DNA of 64,000 nt from Octopus vulgaris (taxonomy: Eukaryota), in assembly GCA_951406725.2 (NCBI GenBank), contig OX597816.1, positions 115,382,001-115,446,000 on the forward strand, given 5' to 3'. Positions 11,930 through 26,655 of this stretch are shown here, in pieces (the stretch's first letter is position 1; the number at the start of each line of letters is the position of its first letter). The translations under genes and the position numbers were made by a program. Under the pieces are notes generated by a model. It searched no databases. It was not told the DNA's origin and worked only from the letters and a program-made list of their open reading frames with translations.

Positions 11930-11978
11930 GGTAAAGTAAATAAAATAAGGTTTGTGATTCAAATCTTCTACTTTCCTT

Positions 11979-12125
<147 letters not shown>

Positions 12126-12726
12126 CACAGTATTTGGGATGAAACTGAAATGCATAAGTGAATATATACACATACACTCATGTATGCCGTTGCTAACGTT
12201 GCACACATCATTTCCTTTTCCTTGCTTATATAGATACCGTTTTTAATGATTTTGTTGTCATTACTAATGTTAAGGTAACACCCAAATGAACTATCTGTTG
12301 TGACAGTTTCAGACAAAACAAAACCAAAAAAAAAATATATAAAAGAGTAAACAACAATGTAAAGACAAACTGCTGAAACTAAAGGAACTCAATGAAAGAA
12401 AAAAATTATTCATGGAAAGAAAGGCACAAACAACATAAAAACAATGTAAAAACAAAATAAAATAAGTAAATTAATTGAACAAATTAGATTAGATAAATAG
12501 ATATATAAAAAAACAGCATGAGAAGAAATGAAAAAAATTTACAGGAAATTTGGAGAATTTCATTTTTTATTTAAGTTCTGCACAAGAATACATATACATT
12601 CCTCTCATACTCTTCAACTTATTTTCATTCTTTGTCTTCTTTCTCCTTTTCTTTATGCATGCATACATACATGCATACATACATGCATACATACATGCAT
12701 TCATATATGTGGGTTCATGTGCGTGA

Positions 12727-12764
<38 letters not shown>

Positions 12765-12874
12765 ATGTATCTTTATATACATGCACATATATATTAGTAT
12801 GAAGATATATATTCACACATATATACATACATTCACACACAGACACACACACATACACATATATGCAAATGTAC

Positions 12875-12910
<36 letters not shown>

Positions 12911-13099
12911 TCACATACAATGTTGCAATAAAATTGCAAAGGACAAGAACCTCCTTCTTATGACAAATTATGGCAGCAGAGAGGACAAATGATGACACTG
13001 ATGATGATGAGGTGAATGGGGTGAGTAATAAGATGGTATCAGGTATCTGTTGCCTATAGACTGAATATATACTCACGTATACAAATATAAATATCAAGC

Positions 13100-13130
<31 letters not shown>

Positions 13131-13176
13131 TATATACATACATATATACATATATGTATATATATGTATATATGTA

Positions 13177-13238
<62 letters not shown>

Positions 13239-13273
13239 CATATTTATACATGCATACATATATATATATATAT

Positions 13274-13308
<35 letters not shown>

Positions 13309-14056
13309 CATACATATATATATATACACACATCTAAATTTAAATCTATTTGCTTATAATACATACTTACAAACATGCATATACATGCACACGCACACAC
13401 ACACACACTCACATATTTAAATTTATATGCATCTTATACATACATATATATGTATATATAGGTATGTATGTATATAATATATATATATGTATATTTATGT
13501 ATGTGTATGTTTATGCACACATGTGACATACACACTCATATATATGGAAAAGCACACACCTACATACAACAATTACACAAACTCTGGGCTGTTGGCGAAG
13601 AGGGGAGGAAAGTGTCCAAGAAAAACAGCTGCTTTAAATAATTGCAATTTAAAATCTTTCTTGATTTATTGTCCTGTCAAGAAGAGGGAAAAATAAGTTG
13701 AGATCAAGTTGCAGAAGGTGGGAGGGTCAGTGAGCGAGGGAAGCAGGAGCGGACATGGGGGTAGTGAGTGATCAGGGTGCTGTTTCTTACATACTATTGG
13801 TGTTTTCTGTTATCTTTTGTTTGTTTACTTTTGTAGGTTTTGTTGTCAGTTGTTCTTGTTGTTGTTGTTTGTTTACTTTAGCTAACTTCTTTCTGTTTCG
13901 ACCATCATTGCTACTGGCTGGTATTTGGTAATTTTTCTGGTATATAGGGTCTGAGATATGTGACTAAAAGAAAATAACAAAGTGCGCATGTAGAATAAAG
14001 AAACACAAATCATAGTGTTTCAGTGACGTGAGTGTGTGTGTGTGTGTGAGAGAGAG

Positions 14057-14093
<37 letters not shown>

Positions 14094-14589
14094 GCATGTG
14101 TATGTACAGATATTATGCTATATGCATGTGTACATGCATATGTACATGTATACACAGAGGTTGTTGGGCCTCAGAAATTGGATGATGATGGACTTCGATG
14201 AGTGCAGAGATGTGCTGAAACTGACCCATGCAGTCTTTGTTATCATGGATAAGAAAACATAAAAACGATAATGATGTACATATGCATGTATATACATGTG
14301 TGTGTGAGTGTATGCATATGTGTGTATGTATGTATATGTACACATGCACACATGCACACACACATACATTCCCAAACGACACTTATTTTAGTGCTGTTGA
14401 CACTGCCGGATTGAATGGTACTGCACAGGTGTCAAAACCATAATGATATCTGTGGGACCAGCTGATGATGGAGGTATGTTGGATTGTTGGTATGGCTGTT
14501 TTTGTATATGTGAAATAGTATTATAACGCTTCCTTTTGATACATATATCTTTTATATATATATATATATATGTGTGTATATATATATTC

Positions 14590-15003
14590 ATGAGGGTCAG
14601 CAGAAAGTTCATAGGACAACCAAGATACTCTTGTGGAATGTGACCAAAAGAAGTTTATTTTCCAACATAGTCCCTCTTGCATTTCATTTCCACAAACTTT
14701 TTCCATAGGTGTTGCTGTGCTTGGATCTCATTGTCAAAAATGCTTTCATCTTGTTGGTAAAAAAAATTCATCAACAGCAAATATGACATCATAATCACTG
14801 TGATACTGGGTCCCAGCCAAGTGTTTTTTCGAGTTGGAGGACAGATGATATAGTGAGATAGAGCCAAATCAAGAGAATGGGGATGCTGATCAACCATTGA
14901 AACCAAGGATTTGTGTGCTTGAGCACTGCTCTGATGAAACAAGACCCCTTTCATCAGTTTTCTTCAGGTCTTGATAACCTTTCATAACTGCCTCAACACA
15001 TTC
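14590..15003 (-). mobile_element. Mariner relic, 3' part
   Basis: HPHSLDLALSHY (decayed HPPYSPDLAPSDY), WKKFVE..DYV C-terminus, terminal TGAGGGTCAGCAGAAAGTTC. Confidence 0.75.
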
Positions 15004-17184
15004 AAGAAAACAGAGAGAGAGAGGGAAAGAGAGAGAGGGAGAGAGAAACAGACAGACAGAGACAGAGAAGCAAAGAGAAAGAGGGAAAGAGACAGACAAA
15101 TTTGTGTATGATCCAGAATGAGAGGGTAAGTAGGGAAAACAGAAATAACTGGAAGTATAAACAGACGTTTAAAGAAAGAAAAAGTGAGTAATATGTAGAC
15201 AGATTGAGGTGATGTGAAGAAATAATAATGAGAGTGAATGAAAATATTGAAAGAAACTGAGTGAGAATGTAAAGAAGTTTAGAACCAACTTTTCAAAAAA
15301 CAAAACAAAAACAACCCAGAAAAATCACCAAATACCAGTTGGTTTGTCAGTCAAACAGGCAAAGACCTTTTCAGTCAAAAAGAAACTTCTCAGCATTAAA
15401 CTGCGCATAGAAGATTATCATGAGAATGCCCATGGAAAACAAAAAGAAAACATTGTTGAGTGATAGCAAGAAACATGAAAAAGCAGAAGCATCCCTTCAG
15501 GTAAAAAGTATAAAATTAACTGAAAGAAGACAAGTTGAAACACAAGAAAATGGAAGGAAAACATTGTGGATTACTGTAAGTTTGCAGAAATAAACCTTGT
15601 CATTTTTGATAGGTGAATAATGAAATTGTAATGAATCTAATTTACATGCTTGATATTCACAACTGTATGTTTTCCTCTCATTATTCCTCATTGTCCATTG
15701 CCTTTCCACTTACCATTAATGCATCCAATCCAATTTCCACCTTAAAGGATTTATCGTTCACCTGTAATGTATACTCTATCTTATTTATTCCCTCTCTTTT
15801 TCTCTCCCTCTCACAGTCTTTCACTTATTTTCTCTTTCCTTCTCATCCACATACCAGCATCTTGTGCCTTCTCCTCTTATACTACTCCTCTTATGTTACT
15901 CTGTTGTTCTTTCTCCTTGCAAACTTCAAACTAATTACACATTCCAGTCTTTCTCAAGTCGTATTTTGACAAAATTGATAAATTTCTACTTTGTTTTCCA
16001 CTAACATCCTTCTAGTAGAAACACATTATCCTTTTTATATTCATTCATAAGTCTTAAAGCCCTCTGAAAAAATGCACTTTAAACTGAGGATTCCCAACTT
16101 TTTACATTCTTTTTACTCTCTGGCAACTTTTAAGTGTCACTTTGTTTCAGTCAGTAACTTAAGTTTATACTTTTACAATAATAAAACAACTGTCAAAGAG
16201 GAAACTTGAAGTACTATTTTTAAACATTTATAAATTAAAATAATAATAACAATAATAATAATAGCATTATTTTACTTATTTCTGCACTAACAATGAACAG
16301 ATACCAGAATTATATACAATCTTCTGAACTAGAAGACTCCATTAGCAACAACACAGTAATTAAGATGTATATAACACAGAATGTTAAATCCAATGTGGTA
16401 GAAAGAAAAATATTAGTATTTTTTCACAAAATAAGCCTACATCAAATTTTTCTTTTAAACTTTAAAATTATAATTAAAAATAAATAATGTACAAATCCAG
16501 AATGAACACATTTACACCCAGGAGATAAACTTACCCAGTTTAGGAACAGCAATTCAATATAGTTGCATACCTTAACTGCAATTTAATATAGGTTACATAC
16601 CATTAAATTTGTAAAATTAAAAATCCATTACTTTTGTCAGAATAGTTGCAGCACCGAACAATCTTATGACACTTGTAATTCACTCTTTGTACCAAAAAAC
16701 CTTCTTGTAGTGTACAGAGTCTCTCTCTCATTGGTTCCATGTGGCAAACACTAAGTGGGACCATAGTGAGTTATTGTTATTGTTGTGATTGTGACTTTTC
16801 TCCTTCAGTTCACTTCTTTTGAAGGAGGACATCTAGAATTAAACTATTATTGTTAAGAGAATCTCAGTTACCCCATGAAGAAGTAAAAGCAAAGATACAT
16901 AAAGACATATCATCATCATCATCATCATCATCATCACCATCATCATCCACTTCCCATGCTTGCTTAGGTTGTATGGATTGTCACAATCTGAATCAGATCT
17001 TAACCGAAGTTACTGCCATCACAGACCATGTTTCATACATTCAGTTTTTGGATGGGTTTCTGTAATTTGATACACCAAGGGTGTATAGGAACACTACTAC
17101 TAAAATGGTTGTTATCTCATCAACAAGACAAAAGGATCCTTTCAACTCTCTGCTGTCTTTGTTTAATCATCAACTACATTTTAC

Positions 17185-17370
17185 AGGCCGGTGTCATGTT
17201 TAAATCACCCAACACACATTGTAAAGTGGTTGGCATTAGGAAGGACATCCAGTCGTAGAAAACAAGCCAAATCACACTGGAACCTAGTGCAGCTCCCAGT
17301 TTGCTAGCCCTTGTCAAACCGTCTGACCCATGCCAACATGGAAAACAGACCTTAAAGGACAATGATGGAA
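17185..17370 (+). mobile_element. SINE-like family D with (GAT)n tail
   Basis: GGTTGGCATTAGGAAGGACATCCAG..CCCATGCCAACATGGAAA. Homologues at 43884-44213, 44765-44968 and 33745-33880 (-). Confidence 0.75.
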
Positions 17371-17748
17371 ATGATTTTCAGTGTTTCAGTAATTTTAAAT
17401 TTATATCAATGGATACAATTCTTAAACACAGCCACATCACCAGTCTCTTTCAATTCTGTTATTTTTTTTTCTACATCTGGAAGAACACTGAAACATTATT
17501 CAGTATTGTCCATCACCTGTTAATATGATATTGTAAAATTCGAGGGAGATTTGGTTGCCGCTTCTAAGAGACAGAGCAATTGTAAGTGTAAAGTATCCTT
17601 TACTTCTGGAAATTTAAACTTAACCTCTGCAATGCAATATCATTGTAAATATTTCAGATAACACTGCTGAAGACATTGAAGTATTTTACCTAAATGCTTT
17701 TCTAAAAATATTACCAGTAAACATTTCATTCTAGTTATCAAACAGGTG

Positions 17749-17780
<32 letters not shown>

Positions 17781-17970
17781 TGTATGTATGCATGTATATA
17801 TGTATGTATGTATATATACATATATATATACATATATACATATATATATATACATATATATATATACATATATATGCAATATATGCCATATATGTTATAT
17901 CTATTTATATAGCTGTGTATATATATATATATATATATAGCATATATAGCATAATATATATTTGTATGTT

Positions 17971-18016
<46 letters not shown>

Positions 18017-18201
18017 CATATATACATAAATATATCAATATAGATATGTGTGTATGTCTGTGTGTGTACATATATATATATATGTCATCATCATCATATG
18101 TATATACATATGTATATATGTATGGATAAATATATATATATATCCATACATATATACATATATATATATATATAGATATACATATACATGTTCATATACA
18201 T

Positions 18202-18246
<45 letters not shown>

Positions 18247-18499
18247 ACATATATATATCATATTCATCTCCATTTTTCTTATTATGAAACATGCCTATAT
18301 GTTGTTTCGTTTTTCCCTGTTGTATTTTTTCACAAACAAGAATTCCTTGTATCCTTTCTTTTTTTTTTATAAGGAAACACTTAACCCTTACAAATGAATA
18401 AAGAAATAAATAAAGAAATAATTTCACTTCTTTATTAAAACAACCAAAGCTAAAAATGTCTTATTGAAACCTGCTCTCACGCCCAACCATCGGAATAGC

Positions 18500-19925
18500 A
18501 ATAGTAATGATGATGATGATGATGATGATGATAACAATAATAATAATAATGATAATAATATTAAGAACAAGAAAGGAGAAGGAGGAGGAAGGGTAGAAGA
18601 AGAAGGGGAAGGAGAAGGAGAGCCACAACAATAGTGATTAAAATGATGGCAAAGATGATGATGATGATGATGATGATGATGGTGGTGGTAGTGATTACAA
18701 TAACAATAGGTAAAAGGGGGGAAACAAATGCTTAAAGAATAAGAATCAATATCTAAAAAGCTTCACAAAGTTAAGATTCGTTTATTTATTTATTTAATAT
18801 CTTCCTCGATTGATTTCTTTTCCCGTTCTGTTTACTTCTTTAAATACATATTATTTAGCATCATCATCATCATCATCATCGTTGTCATTGTCATTGCCAT
18901 CATAAGCATCATCATAATCATCATCATCACTATCAGCATCACCATTACCGTTATCATCATCATCATGAATGTCATTGTCGTCACTCATTGTCACTGTCCT
19001 CCACCTCTTCTCATCATCATCATCACTATCAGCATCACCATTACCATCATCATCATCATCATCATCATCATCACTATCAGCATCACCATTACTGTCATCA
19101 TGATGATGATGATTGTCATTGTCGTCACTGTCCTCCACCTCTTCTCACCATCATCATCATCATCACTGTCAGCACCACCATTACCATTATCATCACCATC
19201 GCCATCATCACCATCATCATGATTGTCATTGTCATCACTCATTGTCACTGTCGTCCACCTCTTCTCATCATCATCATCACCATCACTATCATCATCATCG
19301 TTATCGTTATCATCAACTCCATCATCATCATCCTCATCATCATCATCGTCAGCAGCAGCAGCATCATTAGCTTCTAATTATCATTGCCCTTGCGGTTACC
19401 AACCACCAGCATTACCATCTTCAGTGATAATTGCAGCCATGGTCAAAATACTTGTCCTTATATCACCATCACCATCATCATCATTGTTCTTTTTCATCAC
19501 CATTATCATCACTATCATCCTTTTGTCATTGTTATTGTCGACACCATCATCATTATCATCACTACCATCATTGCCATCATAATCATGATCACCATGCTGT
19601 CGATGATGACACCAATGTTAGATGATGGCGATTATGATCACGACAATGGCTACCACCACCACCACCACTATCATTACCATCATCGTCACCATGATCATGA
19701 TCACCATCACCATCGTCGTCACTGTCATCATCATCATAACCACCACCACCACCACCATAACCACTAACATGACCATGACCATCACTATCACCACCACCAC
19801 TGCTAATACCGCCAACACCAACACTGCCACCACCGTCACCACTACCACCCCTAACACTACCACAACCACTAACACCGCCACCACTGGTAGCAGCAACAAC
19901 AACGGCAGCTGCAGCAGCATGCAAT
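18500..19925. repeat. Compound (GAT)n then (CAT)n/(CAC)n low-complexity region with an internal longer repeat unit
   Basis: GTCATTGTC..CACTGTCCTCCACCTCTTCTC recurs near 18970, 19115 and 19225. Confidence 0.9.
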
Positions 19926-20703
19926 GCTTTTGTTTTCAACTGTTGTTGTTAGGAGATGTATCAAATGTTTTCCTTTGTTCGTCTTACTTCCACCCATCCA
20001 CCCATGCCAATCCAACGCAATTTGTTGCTTCTGTTGTCAACAAATATTTTTTCTATTCATTCTTCCATTCTTCCATGACCCTAATAAATAAATAAATAAA
20101 TAATTACTTTTGCTATTTCTCTGTGCATTAGGAAAGAAGGGAGAAGGTAGGGGAAGGTGGGGGGGGGCAGCGAAATGATGATTTTGTTGTTGACGGCATT
20201 TTCTTACATTTATTTTGTTTTATTCCAAACCACAAATTAATCCCACCCCACAGCACCACTCTCTTCTAGCCTTCTATTTTCTTTGCGAAACACACCACCC
20301 CCAATCTACAATACAACCAGTTTTCAATACATTTTCAGTACATTTCATTTCTCATAAGAAAACAATTTCAAGGAAGTTCCCTTCCTTTCATACGTTCCTT
20401 AGAATATGTATAAAATATGAGATCTGTTCCTTCTTAATATTGATGATGCTGTTGTTGTCGTTAGTGGTGGTGGTGGTGTTGATGGTGTTAGTGGCAATGG
20501 TTGTGTTGTTTGTGGTATTGTGGATCACACATTGTTGGTTTTTAGAAAATTTTGTTAGTCTTGTCTACATGCAAAACCCTCACAACAACACACACTCACT
20601 CACGTACAAATACACACATACTTTGTTTTGTCCTCTGCTGTCCATAATGTTTTTCTTAATGTAAACTCCTTGTAGTTAATAAAGAAATCATTATTTTTTT
20701 ATT

Positions 20704-21147
20704 AAGGTGGCGAGCTGGCAGAATCATTAGCACACTGGGTAAAATGCTGAGCAGTATTTCATTCATCTTCATGTTCTGAGTTCAACTTCTGTTGAGGACA
20801 GCTTTGCCTTTCATCCTTTTGGGGTCGATAAATTAAGTACCAGTGAAAAATTGGGTTGATGTAGTTGACTAGTCCCCTTCCCCAAATTTCAGGCCTTGTC
20901 TCTATAGTAGAAAGGATTATTATTATTAAGACAGTGAGCTGGAAGAATCCTTAGCACGCTGGATGAAGTGTTTAGTGGTATTTCGTCTGCGACTGTGTTC
21001 TGAGTTCAAATTCTGCCAAGGTTGACTTTGCCTTTCATCATTTCGGGGTCGATAAAATTAGTACCAATTATGTACTGGGGTCAATGTAATCGACTCATCC
21101 TCTCCTCCAAAATGGCTGCCCTTGTGGCAAAATTTGAAATCATTACA

Positions 21148-21218
<71 letters not shown>

Positions 21219-21405
21219 GGCAGTGAGCTGGCAGAATCGTTAGCATGCCAGGCAAAATGCTTAGCGGTATTTTGTCTGTCGCTACATTCAGGGTTCAAAT
21301 TGCACTGAGGTCAATAAATTAAATACCAGTTGAATACTGGGGTTGATATAATCAACTAGTCTCCCCCCCACCCAAATTTCAGGCCTTGTGCCATCAGTAG
21401 AAAGG

Positions 21406-21440
<35 letters not shown>

Positions 21441-21608
21441 AAAGGCAGTGAGGTGGCAGAATCATTAGTGTGCTGGATGAAATGCTTAGCAGTATTCTGC
21501 CCTTCGCTATGTTCTGAGTACAAATTCTGCCAAGGTCAACTTTGCCTTTCATCCTTTCAGGGTTGATAAAATGAATAAATTAACTACCAGTGTTTCACTG
21601 GGGTTGAT
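20704..21608 (+). mobile_element. Head-to-tail cluster of four SINE family B copies separated by (ATT)n
   Basis: Starts at about 20704, 20928, 21217 and 21442, each with GAGCTGGCAGAATC (A box), GAGTTCAAATTC (B box) and a full or partial CTTTGCCTTTCATCCTTTCGGGGTCGATAAATTAAGTACCAG domain resembling the Sauria/MetaSINE core. The last copy resumes at 22081-22135. Confidence 0.88.
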
Positions 21609-21609
21609 C

Positions 21610-22080
21610 AGCATCTCAAAAGAGTCCAGAAGCTGGCTACCCGCATGGTTCTTGGTCTCAAGAATTTGTCTTATGAAGAAAGGCTGAAGACGCTCGACCT
21701 TTATTCTCTAGAAAAACGATGACGCCGTGGTGATCTCATTCTTGCTCACAACATCATAAACAGAAAGTGTAACCTCTCGAAGGAGCTGTTCTTCACTCCT
21801 GCTCCAGAGCGTCAGCTGCAGGGTCATTCTGAAAAGCTCTATCTGCGACGATTCCATCTCAATCGAAGGAGAGGGGTTTTCTCCGTCCGGGTTGCAGATC
21901 CGTGGAATAAGCTGCCGGACGAGATGGTGAAGATGCCGACGACCGCTCGGTTCAAAGACTCGCTTGACCACAAGTGGCCTGAACTCTTTACATGAACACC
22001 GCCCTGTACATAACTACATGTCCCCCTACATGGCCTTGTTTTTTGCTTTTTGAGCCAAAAAATTAACTAACTAACTAACT
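21610..22080 (+). mobile_element. CR1-clade LINE 3' fragment nested in a SINE
   Basis: [41 protein letters not shown]...FSVRVADPWNKLP...FKDSLD, ending in an (AACT)n tail. Confidence 0.9.
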
Positions 22081-22140
22081 CATCCCCTCCCCCACCATTT
22101 CAGGCCTTGTGTCTTTAGTAGAAAAGATTATTATTGTTAT

Positions 22141-22443
22141 GTGAAGGCGCATGGCTTAGTGGTTAGGGTATTTAGCTCAAGATCGAAAGGTCATGATTTG
22201 GCTACCCGGTGGCACACTGTGTCCTTGAGTAAGATACTTTATTTCACATCCTTCCAGTCCACTCAGCTGGCAAAAATGAGTAGTACCTGTATTTCAAAGG
22301 GGCTGGCTTTTTCACATTCTGTGTCAGGGTGAATCTCTTTGTACAAATATCTGCGAAATACTCAACCACTTGCATGTTAATTTAACAAGCAGACTGTTCC
22401 ATTGATTGGATTAACTGCAACCTTTGTACTAAAGGAATACCAG
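22141..22443 (+). mobile_element. SINE family C
   Basis: Homologous to 8618-8940. Confidence 0.82.
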
Positions 22444-22686
22444 TTTAATGCTCTTCATGTTGATGCTACTGTTGTCATTGTTGTTAATATTAAGCTACAG
22501 GTAAACCCTGATTGAGCAGACTGTTGTTCCAGCCATGACTATCCCAACTCTTTATGTACTGGGGACACTACTTCCATTATCCAATGTATTTTTCACTCTA
22601 TTAGAGTATAGAATATGATTTTGTTACTACTTTTAGCAGCTCCATCCTCGTGGACATTCGATAATATAATACTTTTGTCAGTAGGA

Positions 22687-23108
22687 GGCGTAGGAGTGGC
22701 TGTGTGGTAAGTAGGTTGCTTATGAACCACATGGTTCCGGGTTCAGTCCCACTACATGGCACCTTGGGCAAGTGTCTCCTACTATAGCCTCAGGCCAAAC
22801 AAAGCCTTGTGAGTGGATTTGGTAGACGGAAACTGAAAGAAGCCCGTCGTATATATGTATATATATATATGTGTATGTGTGTGTGTATATGTTTGTGTGT
22901 CTGTGTTTGTTCCCCCCAACATCGCTTGACAACCGATGCTGGTGTGTTTACATCCCTGTAACCTAGCGGTTCAGCAAAAGAGACTAATAGAATAAGTACA
23001 AGGCTTACAAAGAAGTCCTGGTGTCGATTTGCTCAACCAAATGTGGTGCTCCAGCATGGCCACAGTCACATGACTGAAACAAATAAAAGAGTAAAAGAGT
23101 AAAGAGAG
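22687..23108 (+). mobile_element. SINE family A, full length (tRNA head, CORE-like CCTTGGGCAAGT, internal microsatellite, TAAAAGAG tail)
   Basis: A and B boxes present; many homologues within the window. Confidence 0.9.
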
Positions 23109-23681
23109 TAGTGTTGTTTACAGATGTCATTGTTTAGCCCTAAGTCAGTTCTCATCAAGCAGATTTATGATCAAAGACATTCCAACCATGACCACTCCAT
23201 TTTTGTTTTTTTTTTTGCATTTATATCAAGAACCAAGTTCCAAACATGTCTGTGTTTTGCCTTTCCTACATTCTAGGATATGATTCAAAGAACATTTAGC
23301 TTACAACCCTGAAGAAAACTCTTTGTATCTTTCATACATCAAATAACTATGAAGAGGCTTCCATAGTTCATAGTGTTATGATTGTTGTTCTTAATACCAA
23401 TGTTGGCCCTTATCTTGTTACAGTTCTATTGAAATATGTTTCAATTATCTTTGAAAATAATAAAAAAATATATTAAAATAACTTTTCCATTATTAAACTG
23501 GTGTATAGAACATACATTAGCATGAAATTCTGATGGAAACTTTTAATCAGTCTTTTTCAACCCTTAAAAAAGTTGCATGTCTCAAGGAACCCCTGCACAA
23601 AAATATTATGTACCATATCTTTCTCATATCTTTTTTATCGTAGTTCATATCATAAATTTATATATATATATATATATACAT

Positions 23682-23726
<45 letters not shown>

Positions 23727-23936
23727 GGGTGTCCATAAATTACAGACATCACTAAATACATCCCCAATGGTTGTTATATTTTTTTGATAACATAATAGGT
23801 TAGATAGGATTATGTCTATATTACAATATTACAATAATCAATAATAAGTTGTACATGTATAGTAATATTATGATCATGAAATTAGCATTAGCTTATCCCA
23901 CTTTTTCTCGCGGATAACTTAAATTGTGTAGACATA

Positions 23937-24856
23937 TGAGGTGGTATCAAAAAATTCCTGGTCTAGTTCTGTAGTGCAACCAACAGATGGCAGCTCATGG
24001 CTGTGTGTACAATGAGAGCTAGCAGTGACCATCATGCGGCAGTGAACCAAGTTGCATTGATGTGTTTACTTCAAAACTTGTGAAACTTGTGTTTTTATGA
24101 TCACATGTATGCTATAATCTGTGATTTTGTCATGGATGGGAACAAAGAGCCAATGTGAAATTTTGTGTTAAACTTGCTGTTTGCTACATAGATATTCATC
24201 TTGCTTGACAAGCTTATGGCAATGAGGCAATTGGTTATACACAATGTTTCAAGTGGCACAGGCACTTCAAAAGTAGAAGAATGTTCCTGGAAGACAATGA
24301 GTAATCTGGAAGACCTGCTACGAGCGTCATCCCCAGAAATGTGGTATTGTGCATCAAGAATTAATTCTCCAGAGCCAGACCATCAATTGGGAGTTCTACT
24401 GCAATGTTTTGAAGCATTTGAGAGAGGACATTTGGCAAAAGCTCTGTAGAGTGGGAAGAATTGGATTCTTCAAGACAACAATACACCCTCTCACCAAGCT
24501 CTCCTCATTCATGAGGTTTTTTGTTTTTTTTGCCAAAAGCAACATGTTATCACTTCTGCACCCACCCTATTCACCAGACTTAGCACCTGCTGACTTCCAT
24601 CTCTTCCCAAGATAGAAATGCAGCTCAGCAGTTGCTGTTTTAATACCATTGTCAAGATCCAGAGGGAATTGCAGCAGGCACTCAACTTGCTTATGGAAAG
24701 CAACTTCCAAGCTGGATACCAAAGGTGGTAGGAACACTCAGTCCAGTGTATTGCTGCACAAGGTGACTATTTCAAAGGGGTGATGTTAAAACTTAGGTAA
24801 ATAAGTTATTATTTCATTAAATGGAACTAGTCTGGTAAGCTTTTGATAACACTTTG
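23937..24856 (+). mobile_element. Mariner relic with both TIRs, internally deleted
   Basis: TA-flanked imperfect TIRs (TGAGGTGGTATCAAAAAATTCCTGGTCTAGTT / AACTAGTCTGGTAAGCTTTTGATAACACTTTG); HPPYSPDLAPADFHLFP motif. Confidence 0.88.
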
Positions 24857-24949
24857 TATGATCAAATATATGTTATCTTTGACAAAGAACTACATATTTG
24901 TTTTTTTTTCCAATGACTAGAGGGTATGATTGAGAGAAATTTGTCTGGG

Positions 24950-25330
24950 TGCAGGCAATGTCTGTGTGATTAAAGAGTTTGCTTCACAACCATGTGGTTT
25001 CAAGTTCATTCCTGCTCTTGTACCACCTTAGGTAGATGTCTTTTACAATAGCTCCAAGCAAACCAATGTTTTGTGAGTGAATTTTGTAAATGTAAACTGT
25101 GAAAGGCAACATGTGTATGTGTGGCTGTATGTGAATCTTTGTGTTTGTCTATCCACCACTTGAGAACTGGCGTTGGTTAGTTTGCATCTCTATGATTTAG
25201 TGTTTTGGCAAAAAATAAGTCAATGTTTGCAAGTAACAGACTCAAAAGTAAGTCCTGAGATTGATTTGATTAGCTAAACCTTTCAAGGTTGTAACCACAA
25301 AGGTCACAGTCCAGTGACTGAAGCAAGTGA
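24950..25330 (+). mobile_element. SINE family A, old diverged copy
   Basis: Colinear degenerate match to 22687-23108. Confidence 0.65.
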
Positions 25331-25936
25331 AAGAGTATTCCAAGCAAGTCGATCAACCATACAGGCGCCTTCCTTGTCTAAGTCTGCAGGCATGTGTGTA
25401 TGTATGTGTGTATGTATGTATGCGTGTGTGTATGTATGTGTGTATGTATGTATGTATGTATGTGTGCATGCATATGTGTGTGCATGTGCGTGTGTGTGTA
25501 TATGTGTGTGTGTGTGCATATGTATGTGTGTGTATGTGTGTGTATGCATGTGTGTGTGAGTGTGTGGGTGTACGTGTGTGTGTCTGTGTGTATGTGTATG
25601 TGTGTGTCTAGGCATGTATATCTATATGTGTACATATGGAGTGTGAATAAAATGGTAGGTGAAAGGAGAGCAGGTGTAAAAGAATGATTACACAAAGTTT
25701 TATAAAGAATTTTCAATTCTGAAAAGAAAAAACAGAAATGTTTATTTAAATTTACACCCACACACCCACCCATACACACACTCACACACACCCATACATA
25801 CACACATACACACACATGCAAATATATACCCCTTTATTTTAATATGAGAACTTTGTTTCGTTACAATATATTTATTTTGACTTTCCTTTACAACAAACTT
25901 TGTTAAAATCCCAAACCACACCAGCCTCCACATCCC

Positions 25937-25991
<55 letters not shown>

Positions 25992-26212
25992 TGCTCACTC
26001 GCCCTGACAGAAATATTCAGCTTTCAAAAATTTTGCCCTCTCTTTCCCATTGGTGTTCTCTCATCATAACAAAGCTGTTAGTCTTGGCATTTTCTAACAC
26101 AACATTGGCGCTTTGCAGAACACATTTCCCTACCTTCTGGGCAATCTATTCCATGCATTCACGGAAAACAATTGAAACATGCTATTGCTGTTGAAATTCG
26201 TTTTTTCTGATC

Positions 26213-26270
<58 letters not shown>

Positions 26271-26554
26271 CTCGTTCTCTCTCTCTTTCTGCTTATCTTT
26301 CTTTCGTTTTCTCTTTATTTAAAAAAAAAAGTTAATGCATTTATGTTGTTGTTTTCTCCCTTTTGTTAACACATCATCATCGTTATGATCGTTATTGCTG
26401 TTGTTCTTGTCATCATCATCATCATTATTATCATCATCATCTTCATCATTATTAACAGTTGTAGCATTTGTTGTAGTGTTAGTATTATGGCTGATGTTAT
26501 ATTTATATACACACACATATATATACACATGTATATATATATATGTGTGTGTGT

Positions 26555-26655
<101 letters not shown>

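Noticed and set aside
16535-16575. Possible 41-nt minus-strand exon with a GTAAGT donor
   Set aside because: Weak polypyrimidine tract, no recognisable peptide, no partner exon.
19622-20095. Thr/His-rich ORFs resembling mucin or histidine-rich proteins
   Set aside because: All frames are open because of trinucleotide repeats; there is no convincing signal peptide or splice structure.
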